Source: Chiloscyllium plagiosum
Lineage: Eukaryota
Length of the DNA: 64,000 nt
NCBI RefSeq assembly: GCF_004010195.1
Contig: NC_057719.1
Coordinates: 38,970,394 to 39,034,393 of the forward strand
Reading direction: 5' to 3'
The position numbers and the translations under genes were made by a program. The first letter of the stretch is position 1. Each line of letters opens with the position of its first letter. Positions 52,516-64,000 of this stretch are shown here, piece after piece. The notes beneath the pieces were generated by a model. That model saw only the letters and a program-made list of their open reading frames with translations, did not search any database and was not told where the DNA came from.

Positions 52516-52907
52516 CATCTAAATAATAAAATGGTCATTCAAAAAATCCAACACCCACTCTCCGCTCCCTGACCTCTGAACATTTCAATTCAATTCAATT
52601 AGTTACCCTTCACTTAGTCCATACTTTGTTCTCCGCTGCATTCTCCCATGTGGTGTCTTCCCAAAGGATTCCTGAAAATTGAACTATAGCATGTGCACTG
52701 TTTGTGATTCTTCCTTCCATTAAGTTTGTCATTTTCTCAAAAAAAACCAATCATCCCTGCCAGCCCAACCTTCCTTTGTGAAAATCATGTTGGCTGCTTC
52801 TAATTATTTTCCCCTTATCTACAGTATATGCAAGTCGATCATTATCAATTGAATGCATGCAGATCTGATAAGCAGCACATCAGCAACAATGCTGCTTAGG
52901 TTAATCT

Positions 52908-53014
52908 TGATGAGGAGGAGCCGGTGTTGGACTCGGTGGACAAGGTCAGATAACACACAACACAAGATTATAGTCCTGTTGGACTATAACCTGGTGTCGT
53001 ATGATTTTTAATTT
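52908..53014. mobile_element. Short inverted PLE family B terminus lacking the hammerhead
   Basis: TTATAGTCC-TGTT-GGACTATAA fold-back with flanks matching 11250-11320. Confidence 0.7.
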
Positions 53015-53029
53015 ACCATCTACCAGGCC

Positions 53030-53350
53030 TGCTGTCAAGGAAAGGCAACCATCATTCTCAAAAATCCATCCCACCCTGGCATTGTTTTTCTACAACCTCT
53101 ATCATTTGGGGAGAAGGTGCAGAAGCCTGAACACATGCAGCCGGTTTCGTAACAGTTTCTACCCTACTGTTGTTAGACTACTGAATGGACTCACAAACTC
53201 TTAATGTTCACCTGTACCTGTGTTTTTGATTTTGCCACTGTTTACCTATTATTTACTTATCTTTGCTACTTAGCTATGTGATCTGTTCACAAGTCAAAGC
53301 TTTTCACTGTGTCTCGGTACACATGACAATAAATTCAATTCAACTCAATG
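53030..53350 (+). mobile_element. Rex1/Babar-type LINE 3' end
   Basis: GRRCRSLNT.SRFRNSFYPTVVRLLN; AATAAA then (TTCAA)n tail. Confidence 0.75.
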
Positions 53351-54010
53351 AACTAACCCAACATATTTGCTCAGCTCTTAAACAGCAAACATCCTGTTAC
53401 AAACGAATAAACTGTAGCTACAATAAATTAGTAATTGTAAACTTATCATTTTTAATCAAGCAAGTTTCTTTTGGTCACAGTAATAAAGAGAATAACAAAA
53501 TGTGACAATAATTATGCTTCCATTATGGTTGTACACTAATGGTCATTATTCTGTTGGCCTTTCAACACTGTGATATCATTGCATAGATTGCACATAATGA
53601 ATTTCTTCAGCTCAAGAACATTCTTATTCCCGATATTCAAAACTAAAATATTTGCTTGCATGCAAATTATTTCAAATAACATTGCTACGCACAATGTAGG
53701 TTTGCAGCACACCAAAAAAGTTATGGCAATCAAAACATTAGTTGCACATTGTTTCAACATTACTGCTGAATAGCATTTTACTGTCAGAGAAGCTGATTTA
53801 AATATGATTACAGTCTGTTTGACACATACCTGCATGTAAATATATCTGATATTCATCAATTCTTTTAGCATCACTAATTTGAATATCTGTTGAAAGATAA
53901 AATACAACCATATCATAATAACTGCAGGTTCTTAATCAGTTAATTTTATTAATTGTGATTGTTACATACGTAACATGCTGATCTTGTGTACCTACGTAAA
54001 GATGCTGGAA

Positions 54011-54299
54011 GCACGGTGGCTCAGTGGTTACCACTGCTGCCTCACAGCACCTGGGTCCCAGGTTCAATTCCAGCCTCGGATGACTATCTGTGTGGAGTTT
54101 GCACATTCTCCCCGTGTCTGCGTGGGTTTCCTCCGCGTGGTCCAGTTTCCTACTGCAGGTGAATTGGACATGCTAAATTACCTATTGTGTTAGGTTCATT
54201 AGTCAGAGGGAAATGGGTCTGGGTGGGTTACTCTTTGGAGGGTCAGTGTGGACTGGTTGGGCCGAAGGGCCTGTTTCCACGCTGTAGGGAATCTAATCT
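54011..54299 (+). mobile_element. HE1-type SINE
   Basis: A box TGGCTCAGTGG, B box GGTTCAATTCC, tail GGGCCGAAGGGCCTGTTTCC. Confidence 0.92.
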
Positions 54300-54309
54300 T
54301 ATCATTAGT

Positions 54310-54620
54310 GGGCGGCACGGTGGCTCAGTAGTTAGCACTGCTGCCTCACAACACCAGGGTCCCAGGTTCAATTCCAGCGCCTTGGGCGACTGTCTGTGTG
54401 GAGTTTGCATATTCTCTCTGTATCTGCGTGGGTTTCCTCCCACAGTCCAAAGATGTGCAGGGCAGGTGAATTGGCCATGCTAAATTGCCCATGGTGTTAG
54501 GTGCATTAGTCAGGGGTGAATGTAGGGGAATGGGTCTGGGTGGGTTGCTCTTCGGAGGGTCGGTGTGGACTTGTTGGGCTGAAGGGCCTGTTTCCACACT
54601 GTAGGGGTTCTAATCTAACC
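54310..54620 (+). mobile_element. HE1-type SINE (tandem second copy)
   Basis: GGGCGGCACGGTGGCTCAG..GGTTCAATTCC..CTAATCTAA tail. Confidence 0.92.
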
Positions 54621-55889
54621 TAAACTGCTCGTTAAAACTTATCATGTGAAAATAGATAATATCACAAGCTGGATTTTTACATTTCTCAGTCAGTGAGTTT
54701 GAAGGTGGAGTCTCATTAAATCCAGTGGGTGACCAATTACCTAGCTATTACTACTTTTATAACAGGGGTATATAGTGGGGATTGCTGTGGCCAGCTCATC
54801 CATTTGTGGGCCAACTGAGGTGCTTAAATGAGCAATTCATTCCCACTACAGGATCTCATTCATCACTATAGGATTTAAGCAATAGTGGGAGAAGTTCACT
54901 CCAAGCACCCAACCTGATAGGTTTTCCTGCATGGGCCAGTGGTAGGTTGGTGCAGAAGAGTCCCTCTTTAATGTACTTCTGGGTACATTATATGAACTGC
55001 TCCCCATTGTTGCCAGTCCCCCTTAGCCTCTGAAACCCAAGACCCCCTGCCCATTCAGCCCCTGTTCCCAAGGCCTGCCAGCTTACCCAAATCATTCAAT
55101 GCCTCATGGTTCTGCTACAAAGTTCTAGTGAGATGTAAGCCTTGGATTGGTCTGCATTTTTCTTATGCAGGACATCCGGTTCCTGAGAGGTGAAAATCTC
55201 CCCTCCAACTGAAATGCTGCATGACAGTCATTGTTGCCCTGAATAGAGTCTTCCCCAAATTTCCAGCCAGAGTGGAGAATCTGGCATCTTGTAAGATTCA
55301 GCTTCACATAAACACATGATATTAGGTTCATATTAAATGGTACATAAGACATATTAAGGTTGAAGGAAGTAGGCCACTTTATTTCATTTTTCTATAATAC
55401 CAAAATTGCTGTCTTCCCATTAGAATTTTTATTTCTCAATGAAATCTAGAATACTGGTTCTAATTGTCCTCTGAAGAAATACAACCTGATATCTCTGCTA
55501 ACTTACCTTCCAAGCCTCCTCATGTACTTTATCTTTATGCAAATACAAAATGCTATGGATGCTGGAATATAGAAGTGCCAGAAAACTCAGATCAGGCAGC
55601 ATCTGTGGTTAGAAGCAGAGGTCTGGGCTGAACTCTCCACTTCCTTAAGCAGCATGGAAAATTGTGAGAATGTTGAAAAAATATGGCAAAAATGGAAAAA
55701 TATGATTTTCACCCTCATGCAAGAAATTTCTGATTTGTCCCTTGATATTTAACCCAAGTTCTGAATCTCGCTAATGAGTGGCAATTATCATGCATTTATA
55801 CCTCAATAATGGCTAAACTCACCTCGTTTCTATGGTGCTCTTAAGTCTACTCTTCTTACCTGAGAAGCTAGATGGCACCACATCCTGAC

Positions 55890-56580
55890 GTTCAAAACTA
55901 AGGGGAGAGGAAAAAGATTTAAAGGGACCTGAGGAGCAACTGCCAGAGGAAGTGGTAGATGCAGGAAAAGTTACAACATTTAAAAGACTTTTGGATAGAT
56001 ACGTGAACAGGAAGGGTTTAGAGGGATATGGACCAAATACAGGCAAGTGGGACTAGTTTAGTTTGGGAAACTTGGTCTGCATGGACAAGTTGGACCAAAG
56101 AGTCTGTTTTCGTGTTTTGTGACTCTATGACTCTCTAAAAGACAGAATGTTTACCTGGCAGCAATAGTGTGCTGCTTACTTCTCTGGAGCTTCAGACAAC
56201 TCTGACCTCACCACAATGTCCTGCATTCTCCATAATTCTGTACTCTTCTAACCTTAAACCACACAAATGAGTATTGCCAAATTGTCAGCCTCATTACATC
56301 GTTAGGGGTAAGACATTCAAGACTGAGATGAGGAAGAATTTCTTCACTCTGAAGGTTGTGAACCTGTGGAATTCTCTCCCACAAGAAGCTGTTGGGGCCA
56401 TTTCACTAAATATACTCAAGAGGGAGCTGGATGTGGCCCTTGCAGCGAAAGGGATCAAAGGAAATGGAGAAAAAGTAGGAATTGGATACTGAGATTGCAC
56501 GATCAGCCATGGTCATATTGAATGGTGTTGCAGGCTCAAAGGGCTGAATGGCTACTCCTGCACCTATTTTCTATGTTCTT
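55890..56580 (+). mobile_element. Two CR1 3' fragments (55890-56135 and 56295-56580)
   Basis: GACTCTATGACTCT tail; RKNFFTLKVVNLWNSLP. Confidence 0.85.
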
Positions 56581-57759
56581 ATTTGGCTGATTTTGAAGCA
56601 GTATACATCACATCAGTCACTCCATACTCCACTATGGAGCTCAGGGACACACGACTTACATTATTCTGCCAGGTTGTTCTACACACGGGGGTAAACAAGC
56701 ATGTCATGCATACACATGGGATGAATCTTATGGCTTTCCTTGTGCTGACTCACTTTGTGCATACTCACAGGCTGCCAGCCTATATGACTTGCACTGCTCT
56801 CCAGTGTACCGACTGGGCAAGGTAATGTCTGTCTCTTCATACAGAATAAAATTGTTTAAATGTGAGGCCCTGCAAAGGCCAATAGCATCATTCATGTATC
56901 CACAGATTCAATAATGCAACCCATTAGATATCAAATTGCAATTCATGGGAGGTCATTCTTTTTGAGGAATGAACATTAAAAATTATGGCCTCAAACAATC
57001 AAGGCTATTTCATATTTTGTACTAATTGCCTGTTTGTCATATCAGGTAAGCAAATCTATTTGGGTAAAAACTTGAAAGTCTCACATGGATTTACAATTTC
57101 TAAATCACATTTTATACATTTTACATCTGACATTTTGGAGCTGCTACATTTGCACGCTGAACTGTAAGTATGTAAGGACATGGTTTGTGATGGTCATGGA
57201 TGGGTTCTTTTGGATGCAGATGCTGGCATGATGGATTAACTCCAGAATTTCACTTCCTCAATGTAGTTCTTGCACTTTGAATCTGCAACATGCATCTAGA
57301 TAATGCTACACAGCTCAGAGCTACTTATTGAGACCTGATATTGCATTCATTGTAAAACCTCTGTGGCCGACTGTGTGATGCTATATGTCATGCTTCATTG
57401 TGATTCACGCGAGAAGTCAGTACTACTGTTAGTAAAATGCTGTTCTATTTTGGACACTCCCCACAAATGATCAGCTCACGAATCTGATATGGACTTGGCA
57501 ATTGGTGGACTCCTTGCAACTTTGCTGCACAGATGAAGATTGCTTTGAAGGAGAGAGCAGTTATAATGTTGTCAGGAAGCTCAAAAGAACAGTAACCTCC
57601 AATGGCTGCCACATAGGAGAAGACCACGTCCCCACCCCTGATCTCTGAGGAGGCAGACGGGATGATATGACCTAAATTCCTTGCCGTCATTTTCCACAGC
57701 TTTCAGGAAGACATTGCAGTTACAGATTAAAGGTGTCTCAGGTCATCTACTGGAGCAAG

Positions 57760-57886
57760 GGTCCTGAAGAAGGATTACACCTAAAACATCGACTTCTCTA
57801 CCTCCTGATGCTGCCTGGCCTGCTATGTTCTTCTCGCCTCCTGCCTGTCTATTTTGGATTTCAGCATCTGCAGTTTTCTTATCTCA
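57760..57886 (+). mobile_element. Old PLE family A terminal repeat with a decayed hammerhead
   Basis: CTGAAGA(57764)AGGATTACACCTAAAACATCG..GATGCTGCCTG..CAGCATCTGCAG. Confidence 0.7.
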
Positions 57887-58084
57887 AATCTACTTGAGTA
57901 AGATTTGCACTTGCAGGAATGGGTGACCAACATTAAACTGCCTTGAATTTTTATGCCAGATTTTTGTTTCAGAAAGTATCCAGGGACCTGTGTGGCATTG
58001 CGCAACCTTTGACCCACAAATGCAAGTGACTATTACTGATGCTATTTTCTCCAGTTGAGACCAGTTTATAAATATTTTTAATCA

Positions 58085-58182
58085 ACCTGTCCAGACACAT
58101 TATGACATATGTCTGAAGCAGGTGGGACTCAAACCAAGATCTTCTGACCCAGCGGTTGGGATACTAACACTTTGCCACAATA
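58085..58182 (-). mobile_element. Short tRNA-derived SINE fragment
   Basis: Reverse complement TTGTGGCAAAGTGTTAGTATCCC..GGTTTGAGTCCCACCTG (A and B boxes). Confidence 0.6.
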
Positions 58183-58239
58183 CCGCCAACACAATTTATA
58201 TCTTCCATTATGACAAGGAGAGCCAAGGAGCTTTGCCAA

Positions 58240-58710
58240 TGGGGTTCTCCACCATTGCTGACTTCCTATAGGTGTAGGCACAATTGACTACACCCAAATT
58301 GTTCTCAGAATGCCCAAATTACCAAACTGCGGAGTCCAGCAACAGGAAAAGCTTCTATTCCATCAATACTCAAATTATTTGTGACCATCAGTGGTAGATT
58401 TTGGACATATGCGCCAGATAATCTGGGAGCTACCATTATGCATGTATTCTACATATTCCTTTCCAAGTCCTTGTGTCTCAGGAATGGCTATTGGGAGACA
58501 AGTGGTACACCCTCTAAACATGGCTGATGACCCATTTATGTAATCCTCAGACTGACACTTAATGGAGATACAACACTGCCCACAATCCCACCTAAGTCAT
58601 TGTGGAATGGACTAAAGGCCTCCCTAAGATGAGATTCCAATGTCTGAACTGCACTAATACCTAGAAATGCTTTGCTGCATCATTATGACAAGCTGTGCAA
58701 TTCACTACAG
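58240..58710 (+). pseudogene. PIF/Harbinger transposase pseudogene
   Basis: GTIDYTQI, NRKSFYSINTQIICDH, WLLGDKWY, WLMTP, RYNTAH, VIVE..KMRFQCL, with stops and frameshifts. Confidence 0.88.
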
Positions 58711-59751
58711 AAGCTGACAAAGGAAGGTTATTTCCTCAATGCAGAAGAAATGTGGCTTAATAGAAATTTTCTAACAATGGAGATGAGGATATTGACTGAG
58801 AGGGAAATCCAAGAGACCAAGACAGTGTTATGAACTGTTCAGCATGAGAAGTCTGACAGAACCAAATTTAAAACTGTTTCCAAGATGAATGAGCTTCGTT
58901 TCAAATTCACTTAGTTACATAACGTTCTGTTGGTTATATTGCCTATAGGTCCTGGTCCTCAGTAAGTTTTATGTTCCTTAACCTCCCACTCAATATAAGT
59001 GTAGTCCAAACGTCCACAGATGAGGTGCTCTATATTTGGACCTGTTGGCCTAGAAGACTCAACTGGTTGTCCTAAGGAGTGGTTTAGCCTAGAAAACTCA
59101 GGCCTGCTAAGAAGCTCCTGTCCAGATACATGCTTGCCTTTTGTAGGCTTTAACATCATTTGTAAGAGGGAGGTGAACAGGCCAAACACCTCTGGTATGT
59201 GCTGATAGGAAGCTTCTAGAAGCCTCTGTATGTGACTCCTCCTCCCTACGGGTGCCTACTGACATTAGTTTATCTCTGAGAGGAAGGGGAATCTGGAGAT
59301 CCCACTTCCCACTCTCATCTTGCCATTGATGCTGAGCATCTGTTACTATAGTGATGGAGTGCAGGTTTGTGTGTATATATCCAGCAGACACAGAGTACTG
59401 GATATGTGTTTCAATGGTGGTAACCAGACTCCCAACATTCCAGAGCCAGCACGGCACTGTTAACATCGGTTGATAACATTATACTTCAATCAGCCTAATG
59501 AGTGCCTCAACCAAACCTGCCTGCTGCTCCTGTTCCCCTCTGTACATTTTGATGAAATCATTAACTGCCCAACCAAGAGGTCAAAGACTGTGTGGGCCTG
59601 AGGAGGTAACTGGGCTCCTGAGGTTCCCTGACTGCCCAACACCTGGGCATTTCTTACTCAACCAGCTGTAGAAATTGTCAAAGATGCATTCAACAGATTA
59701 ATAAAGAAATGATGGCCTAGTGGTATTATCGCTAGAGTATTAATCCAGAGA

Positions 59752-62053
59752 CGAGATTAGAGTGGTGCTAGAAAAGCACAGCAGGTCAGGCAGCAAGCAA
59801 GGAGCAGGAAAATCAACGGTTCGGGCAGGAGCCCTTCATCAGGAATGAGGCTGGAAGCCTCGGGGATGGAGAGATAAATGGGAGGGGGTGAGGCTGAGGA
59901 GAAGGTAGTTGAGAGTGCAATAGGTGGATGGAGGAAGCGGTAAATGTTGGAGAGGAGGGTGGAGCAGAAGGTGGGACAGGCCATGAGGATGGTGCTGAGC
60001 TGGAAGTTTGGAACTGGGATAAGGTGAAGGGAGGGGAAATGCGGAAACTAGTGAAGTCCACATTGATGCGCTGCGGTTGAAGGGTTCCGAGGCGGAAGAT
60101 GAGGCATTCTTCCTCCAGGCGTCGGGTGGTTGAGGGAGTGGCGGTGGAGGAGGCCCAGGACCTGCATGTCCTTGGCAGAGTGGGAGGGGGAGTCGAAATG
60201 TTTGGCCACAGGGCGGTGAAGTCGATTGGTACGGGTGTCCCAAAGATGTTCCCTGAAGCGCTCTGCGAGAAGGCGTCCAGTCTCCCCAATGTAAGAGACC
60301 ACATTGGGAGCAACGAATACAATAAATGACATTGGTGGAAGTGCAGTTGAAACATTGATGGCCTCTTTTGGGGTCTTGGATGGAGGTGACGGGGGAAGTG
60401 TGGGTGCAGGTTTTGCAATTCCTGCGGTGGCAGGGCAAGGTGTAAGGAGGGAGGGTGGGTTGTTGGGGGGCATGGACCTGACCAGGTAGTCACGGAGGGA
60501 ATGGTCTTTGAGGAAAGCGGATAGGGGTGGGGAGAGAAATTTATCCCTGGTGATGGGGTCCGTTTGTAGGTGGCAGAAATATCAGCGGATAATGTGGTTT
60601 ATGTGGAGGTTGGTGGGGTGGACGGTGAGGACCAGGGGGCGTTCTGTCCTGGTTGCAGTTGGAGGGGTGGGGTTTGAGGGCAGAGGTGTGGGATGTGGAT
60701 GAGATGCATTGGAGGGCATCTTCAACCACATGGGAGGGGAAATTACGGTCTTTAAAGAACACATCTGGTGTGTTCTGTGGTGGAACCGGTCCTCCTGGGA
60801 GCAGATACTGCGGAGGCGGAGGAATTAGGAGTACAGGATAGCATTTCTGCAGGAGGTAGGGTGGGAAGAGGTGTAATCCAGGTAGCTGTGGGAGTTGGTG
60901 GGTTTGTAAAAAATCGACGTTCATCAGGAATAAAGGCAGAGAGTCTAGAGAGAGGAGGCATCAAGGCTTCAAGGCAGGCATCCTTGCAAGAGGATTCGCA
61001 GTAGGGTTAAATCAACTAGGTAAAAACAATGACTGCAGATGCTGGAAACCAGATTCTGGTTTCCAGCATCTGCAGTCATTGTTTTTACCGGGTTTGTAAA
61101 AAATGTCAGTGTTGAGTCGGTCGTCATTGATCGAGATGGAGAGGTCCAGAAAGGGGAGGGATGTGTCAGAGATGGTCCATGTGAATTTAAGGTCAGGGTG
61201 GAATGTGTTGGTGAAGTTGATGAACTGCTCAACCTCCTCGCGGGAGCACGAGGTATCGCCGATGCAGTCATCAATGTAGCGGATGAAGAGGTGGGGAGTG
61301 GTGCCAGTGTAACTACGGAAGATGGACTGTTCTATGTAGCCGACAAAGAGACAGGCATTGCTGGGGCCCATACGGGTGCCCATGGCTACCCCTTTGGTCT
61401 GGAGGAAATGAGAGGATTCTAAAGAGAAATTGTTGAGGGTGAGGACCAGTTCAGCCAAACAAATTAGAGTGTCAGTGGAAGGGTACTGTTGGGGACGTCG
61501 GGAGAGGAAGAAACGGAGGGGTTAGAGGCCCTGGTAATGGCAGATGGAGGTGTAGAGGGATTGGATCTCCATGATGAGGATGAGGCATTGGGGGCCGGGG
61601 AAATACAAGTCTCGGAGGAGGTGGAGAGCATGGGTGGTGTCCCAAACGTATGTGGGAAGTTCCTGGACTTGGGGGATAGGACAGTATCGAGGTAGGAGAG
61701 GAGTTCGGTGGGGCAGAAACAGGCTGAGACGATGGGTCAGCTGGGGTGATTAGACTTGTGGATCTTGGGAAGGAGGTAGAATCGGGCGGTGCAGGGTTCC
61801 AAAACTATGAGGTTGGAAGCTGTCGGTGGGAGATCTCCTGAGGTGATGAGATTGCGTATGGTCTGGAAAATGATGGTTTGATGGGGTGTGAGGTCATGGT
61901 TGAGGGGGCGGTATGAGGAGGTGTCTTCGAGTTGGTGCCTGGCTTCAGCAGTGTAGAGGTCGGTGCGCCAAACTACCACTTCACCCCCTTTGTCTGTTGG
62001 TTTGATGGTGAGGTTGGGATTGGTTCCGCTGGTTTGATGGCGAGGTTGGGATT
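59752..62053 (-). mobile_element. Penelope-like retroelement family A (RT plus GIY-YIG endonuclease), 5' truncated and frameshifted
   Basis: IKPTDKGG, RFYLLPKIHK, QTKGVAMGTRMGPS, RYIDD, LPFLDL; NVIYCIRC..YIGETGR..ERFREH; 3' repeat with hammerhead motif at ~59812-59842 (GAAA mutated to GAAC). Confidence 0.95.
60915..61089. mobile_element. Young PLE family A mini-insertion nested in the PLE RT gene, with a perfect 35 bp hairpin
   Basis: TSD GGGTTTGTAAAAAAT at 60900-60914 and 61090-61104; hairpin 61019-61053 / 61055-61089. Confidence 0.92.
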
Positions 62054-63334
62054 CCCAGGAATGGTCTGGGAAGCTGGGTTTGAATCCCACCATAGCAGAT
62101 TGTGGAATTTGAACTTAAAAAATAATGAATCTGTAATTAAGAATATAACGATTACCATGAAACCACAGTTGATTGACAAAAAAACACATCTGGTTCACTA
62201 ACATCCTTCTTTTAAAAAAACTGTCATCCTTAACTGATCTAGTCTATATATGAGTCCAGACCCACAACCATGTGGTTGAGTCTCATCTGCCCTCTGGGCA
62301 ATTAGGGATGGTCAATAAATGCTGACTTACCCAGAGGTAACCTCACCCCATGGATGAGTAATAAAAAGGATTATGCCTCAGAGTCTAATCTAAGTAGTGA
62401 ACCCACCAAGGTGAAAGTCCCCAAGTTGGTGAAAGTTGTAGGTGAAGGTGCTGGTACTTCCTCTGAGGGTTGAATGACTTCCTCCTGAGAGATAGAGATG
62501 AAGGTGAGGCTGAGGATCTGTGATGCTCTCAGCCTCTTTGGATCAAAATTGTGCTGGGTTGTGCAAGTAACTGCGTACGAGAAAAGAGGGAATTAGCTGT
62601 TTATAAGATATAAAAGGTTGTGCATGTTAAGATTCAGTTGGTGTTGGTGATAGTGGGAGAACAGAACAGGACAATGAAACTTACTGGGTTGGTTGCCAGT
62701 GGAGGTACTCAATGTCACGCCATCATGAGAGTCGATGTATTCTTCTTCAGACAAATCCAAGATCTTCCCTTCATTTGGAGCAAGGAACTTTATGTCCGCC
62801 ATGACTACCCATGCCAGTCTTCACCTTCTTGGTCCAATTGTGAGATGTTTTATTCATACAATGAGACAAAAAGGAGAAATGTATGGGACAGAAATTGACT
62901 GAGTAGGAAGTGCAAAAGGAAGGAAAGGTTAGTAGTTTGCAAAGATGAGGCGAGAGCCATCGAGTGGACATGATGTTTGCAATAGACAGTGTTGTAGTCC
63001 GTTAGTCTTGGTTAGAGATGTGTGGAGAATTACAGTGAGTGCTGACCGTGTGAGTGAGAGAATCTGGTGGATATTACCAACACAGAGTTTAGAAGACCAT
63101 TCGCATTCTTCCTGCAGTACCGTGCATTGTTTCTCAGCTGGGATACTTTACTAACCCAATCATCTTTGTCTAGACTGGCTAAGCTTACAGGTATGATCTA
63201 CTTTGCCTATCAGCAGAGAAAAGTATGGCCCTCTTGCAACTATCCCATTCATCAATACTTTCAGGTCCTTGTCATCAAAGCAGGATGGCAGCTTCCCTTT
63301 CTGGACCATGTCAATAATGATGAAAAGTCACTTA

Positions 63335-64000
63335 CAGCGAGTTAGGTTGAAAGCTGAAGAGCAGGACAAGTAGAATAGTGATCTCAGGTTTGCTACTGGT
63401 GCCACGAGATCGTGAGATGAGGAACAGCCAGTGAATGCAGCTTAACATGTGGCTGCGAGGCTGGTGCAGGAGGGAGGGCTTCAGATACCTAGACCATTGG
63501 GATACCTTCTGGGGAAGGTGGGACCTGTACATGAAGGACGGGTTGCACCTGAACTGGAGGGGCACAAATGTCCTGGGTGGCAGATTTACTCGTGTGATTC
63601 AGGAGGGTTTAAACTAGTTTGGCAGGGGGGTGGGAATCAGAGCCACATGTCTAAGAGGGGGTCAGTTGCAGATGGGGCAGTCACAGAATGTATTGAATCT
63701 ATCAGGAAAGTTTCTCACGCGATGAAACAAAGGGATTGGTTAAAGTGTGTCTGCTTTAATGCAAGGAGTGTCCAAAATAAGAGTGACGAACTTAGAGCAT
63801 GGATCAGTACTTGGGGCTACGATATTGTGGCCATAATGGAGACATCGGTTTCACTGGGGCAGGAATGGTTGCTTGATGTTCCAGGGTTTAGAATGTTTAA
63901 AAAGAACAGGGGCGGAGGGGTGGAAAATGAGGAGGGGATATCGCATTGCTAATCAGAGAGTGCATCACAGCTACAGAAACGAAGGTTGTTGAGGAAGGTT
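63335..64000 (+). mobile_element. CR1 LINE ORF1 esterase C-terminus and ORF2 start (runs off window)
   Basis: WLRGWCRREGFRYLDHW..DGLHLN (SGNH-esterase-like ORF1); LKCVCFNARS..KSDEL..YDIVAIMET (APE N-terminus). Confidence 0.93.

Larger units (their letters stand above)
59710..62368 (+). mobile_element. tRNA-SINE (second family) split by a PLE insertion
   Basis: Head GATGGCCTAGTGGTATTATCGCTAG..AATCCAGAGAC (59710-59752); B box GGTTTGAATCCC and body resume at ~62055. Confidence 0.8.

Noticed and set aside
54310..54385. tRNA gene
   Set aside because: A and B boxes continue into a SINE body with no cloverleaf 3' acceptor or terminator

Overview
This is repeat-saturated, non-genic (intronic or intergenic) vertebrate DNA. 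It is almost certainly from a shark or other elasmobranch, judged from HE1-type tRNA SINEs whose 3' tail matches the CR1/HER1-type LINEs here. I could not support any host protein-coding exon, and every recognisable ORF is transposon-derived. The window holds many CR1 fragments, an internally deleted L1, a Rex1 tail, Gypsy protease/integrase relics, two Harbinger transposase pseudogenes and a Tigger-like MITE. It also holds more than a dozen Penelope-like element (PLE) pieces from three families. The most striking signal is in the PLEs. All three families carry a minimal type I hammerhead ribozyme motif (CUGAnGA-N-stem II-GAAA-palindromic ACGU/AGCU), and many copies are 170-1000 bp head-to-head palindromes bounded by 11-16 bp target-site duplications (TSDs). 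Three locally templated ~100 bp duplications and one assembly gap are also visible. Boundaries of old repeats are approximate, and family names come from motif recognition, not database searches.
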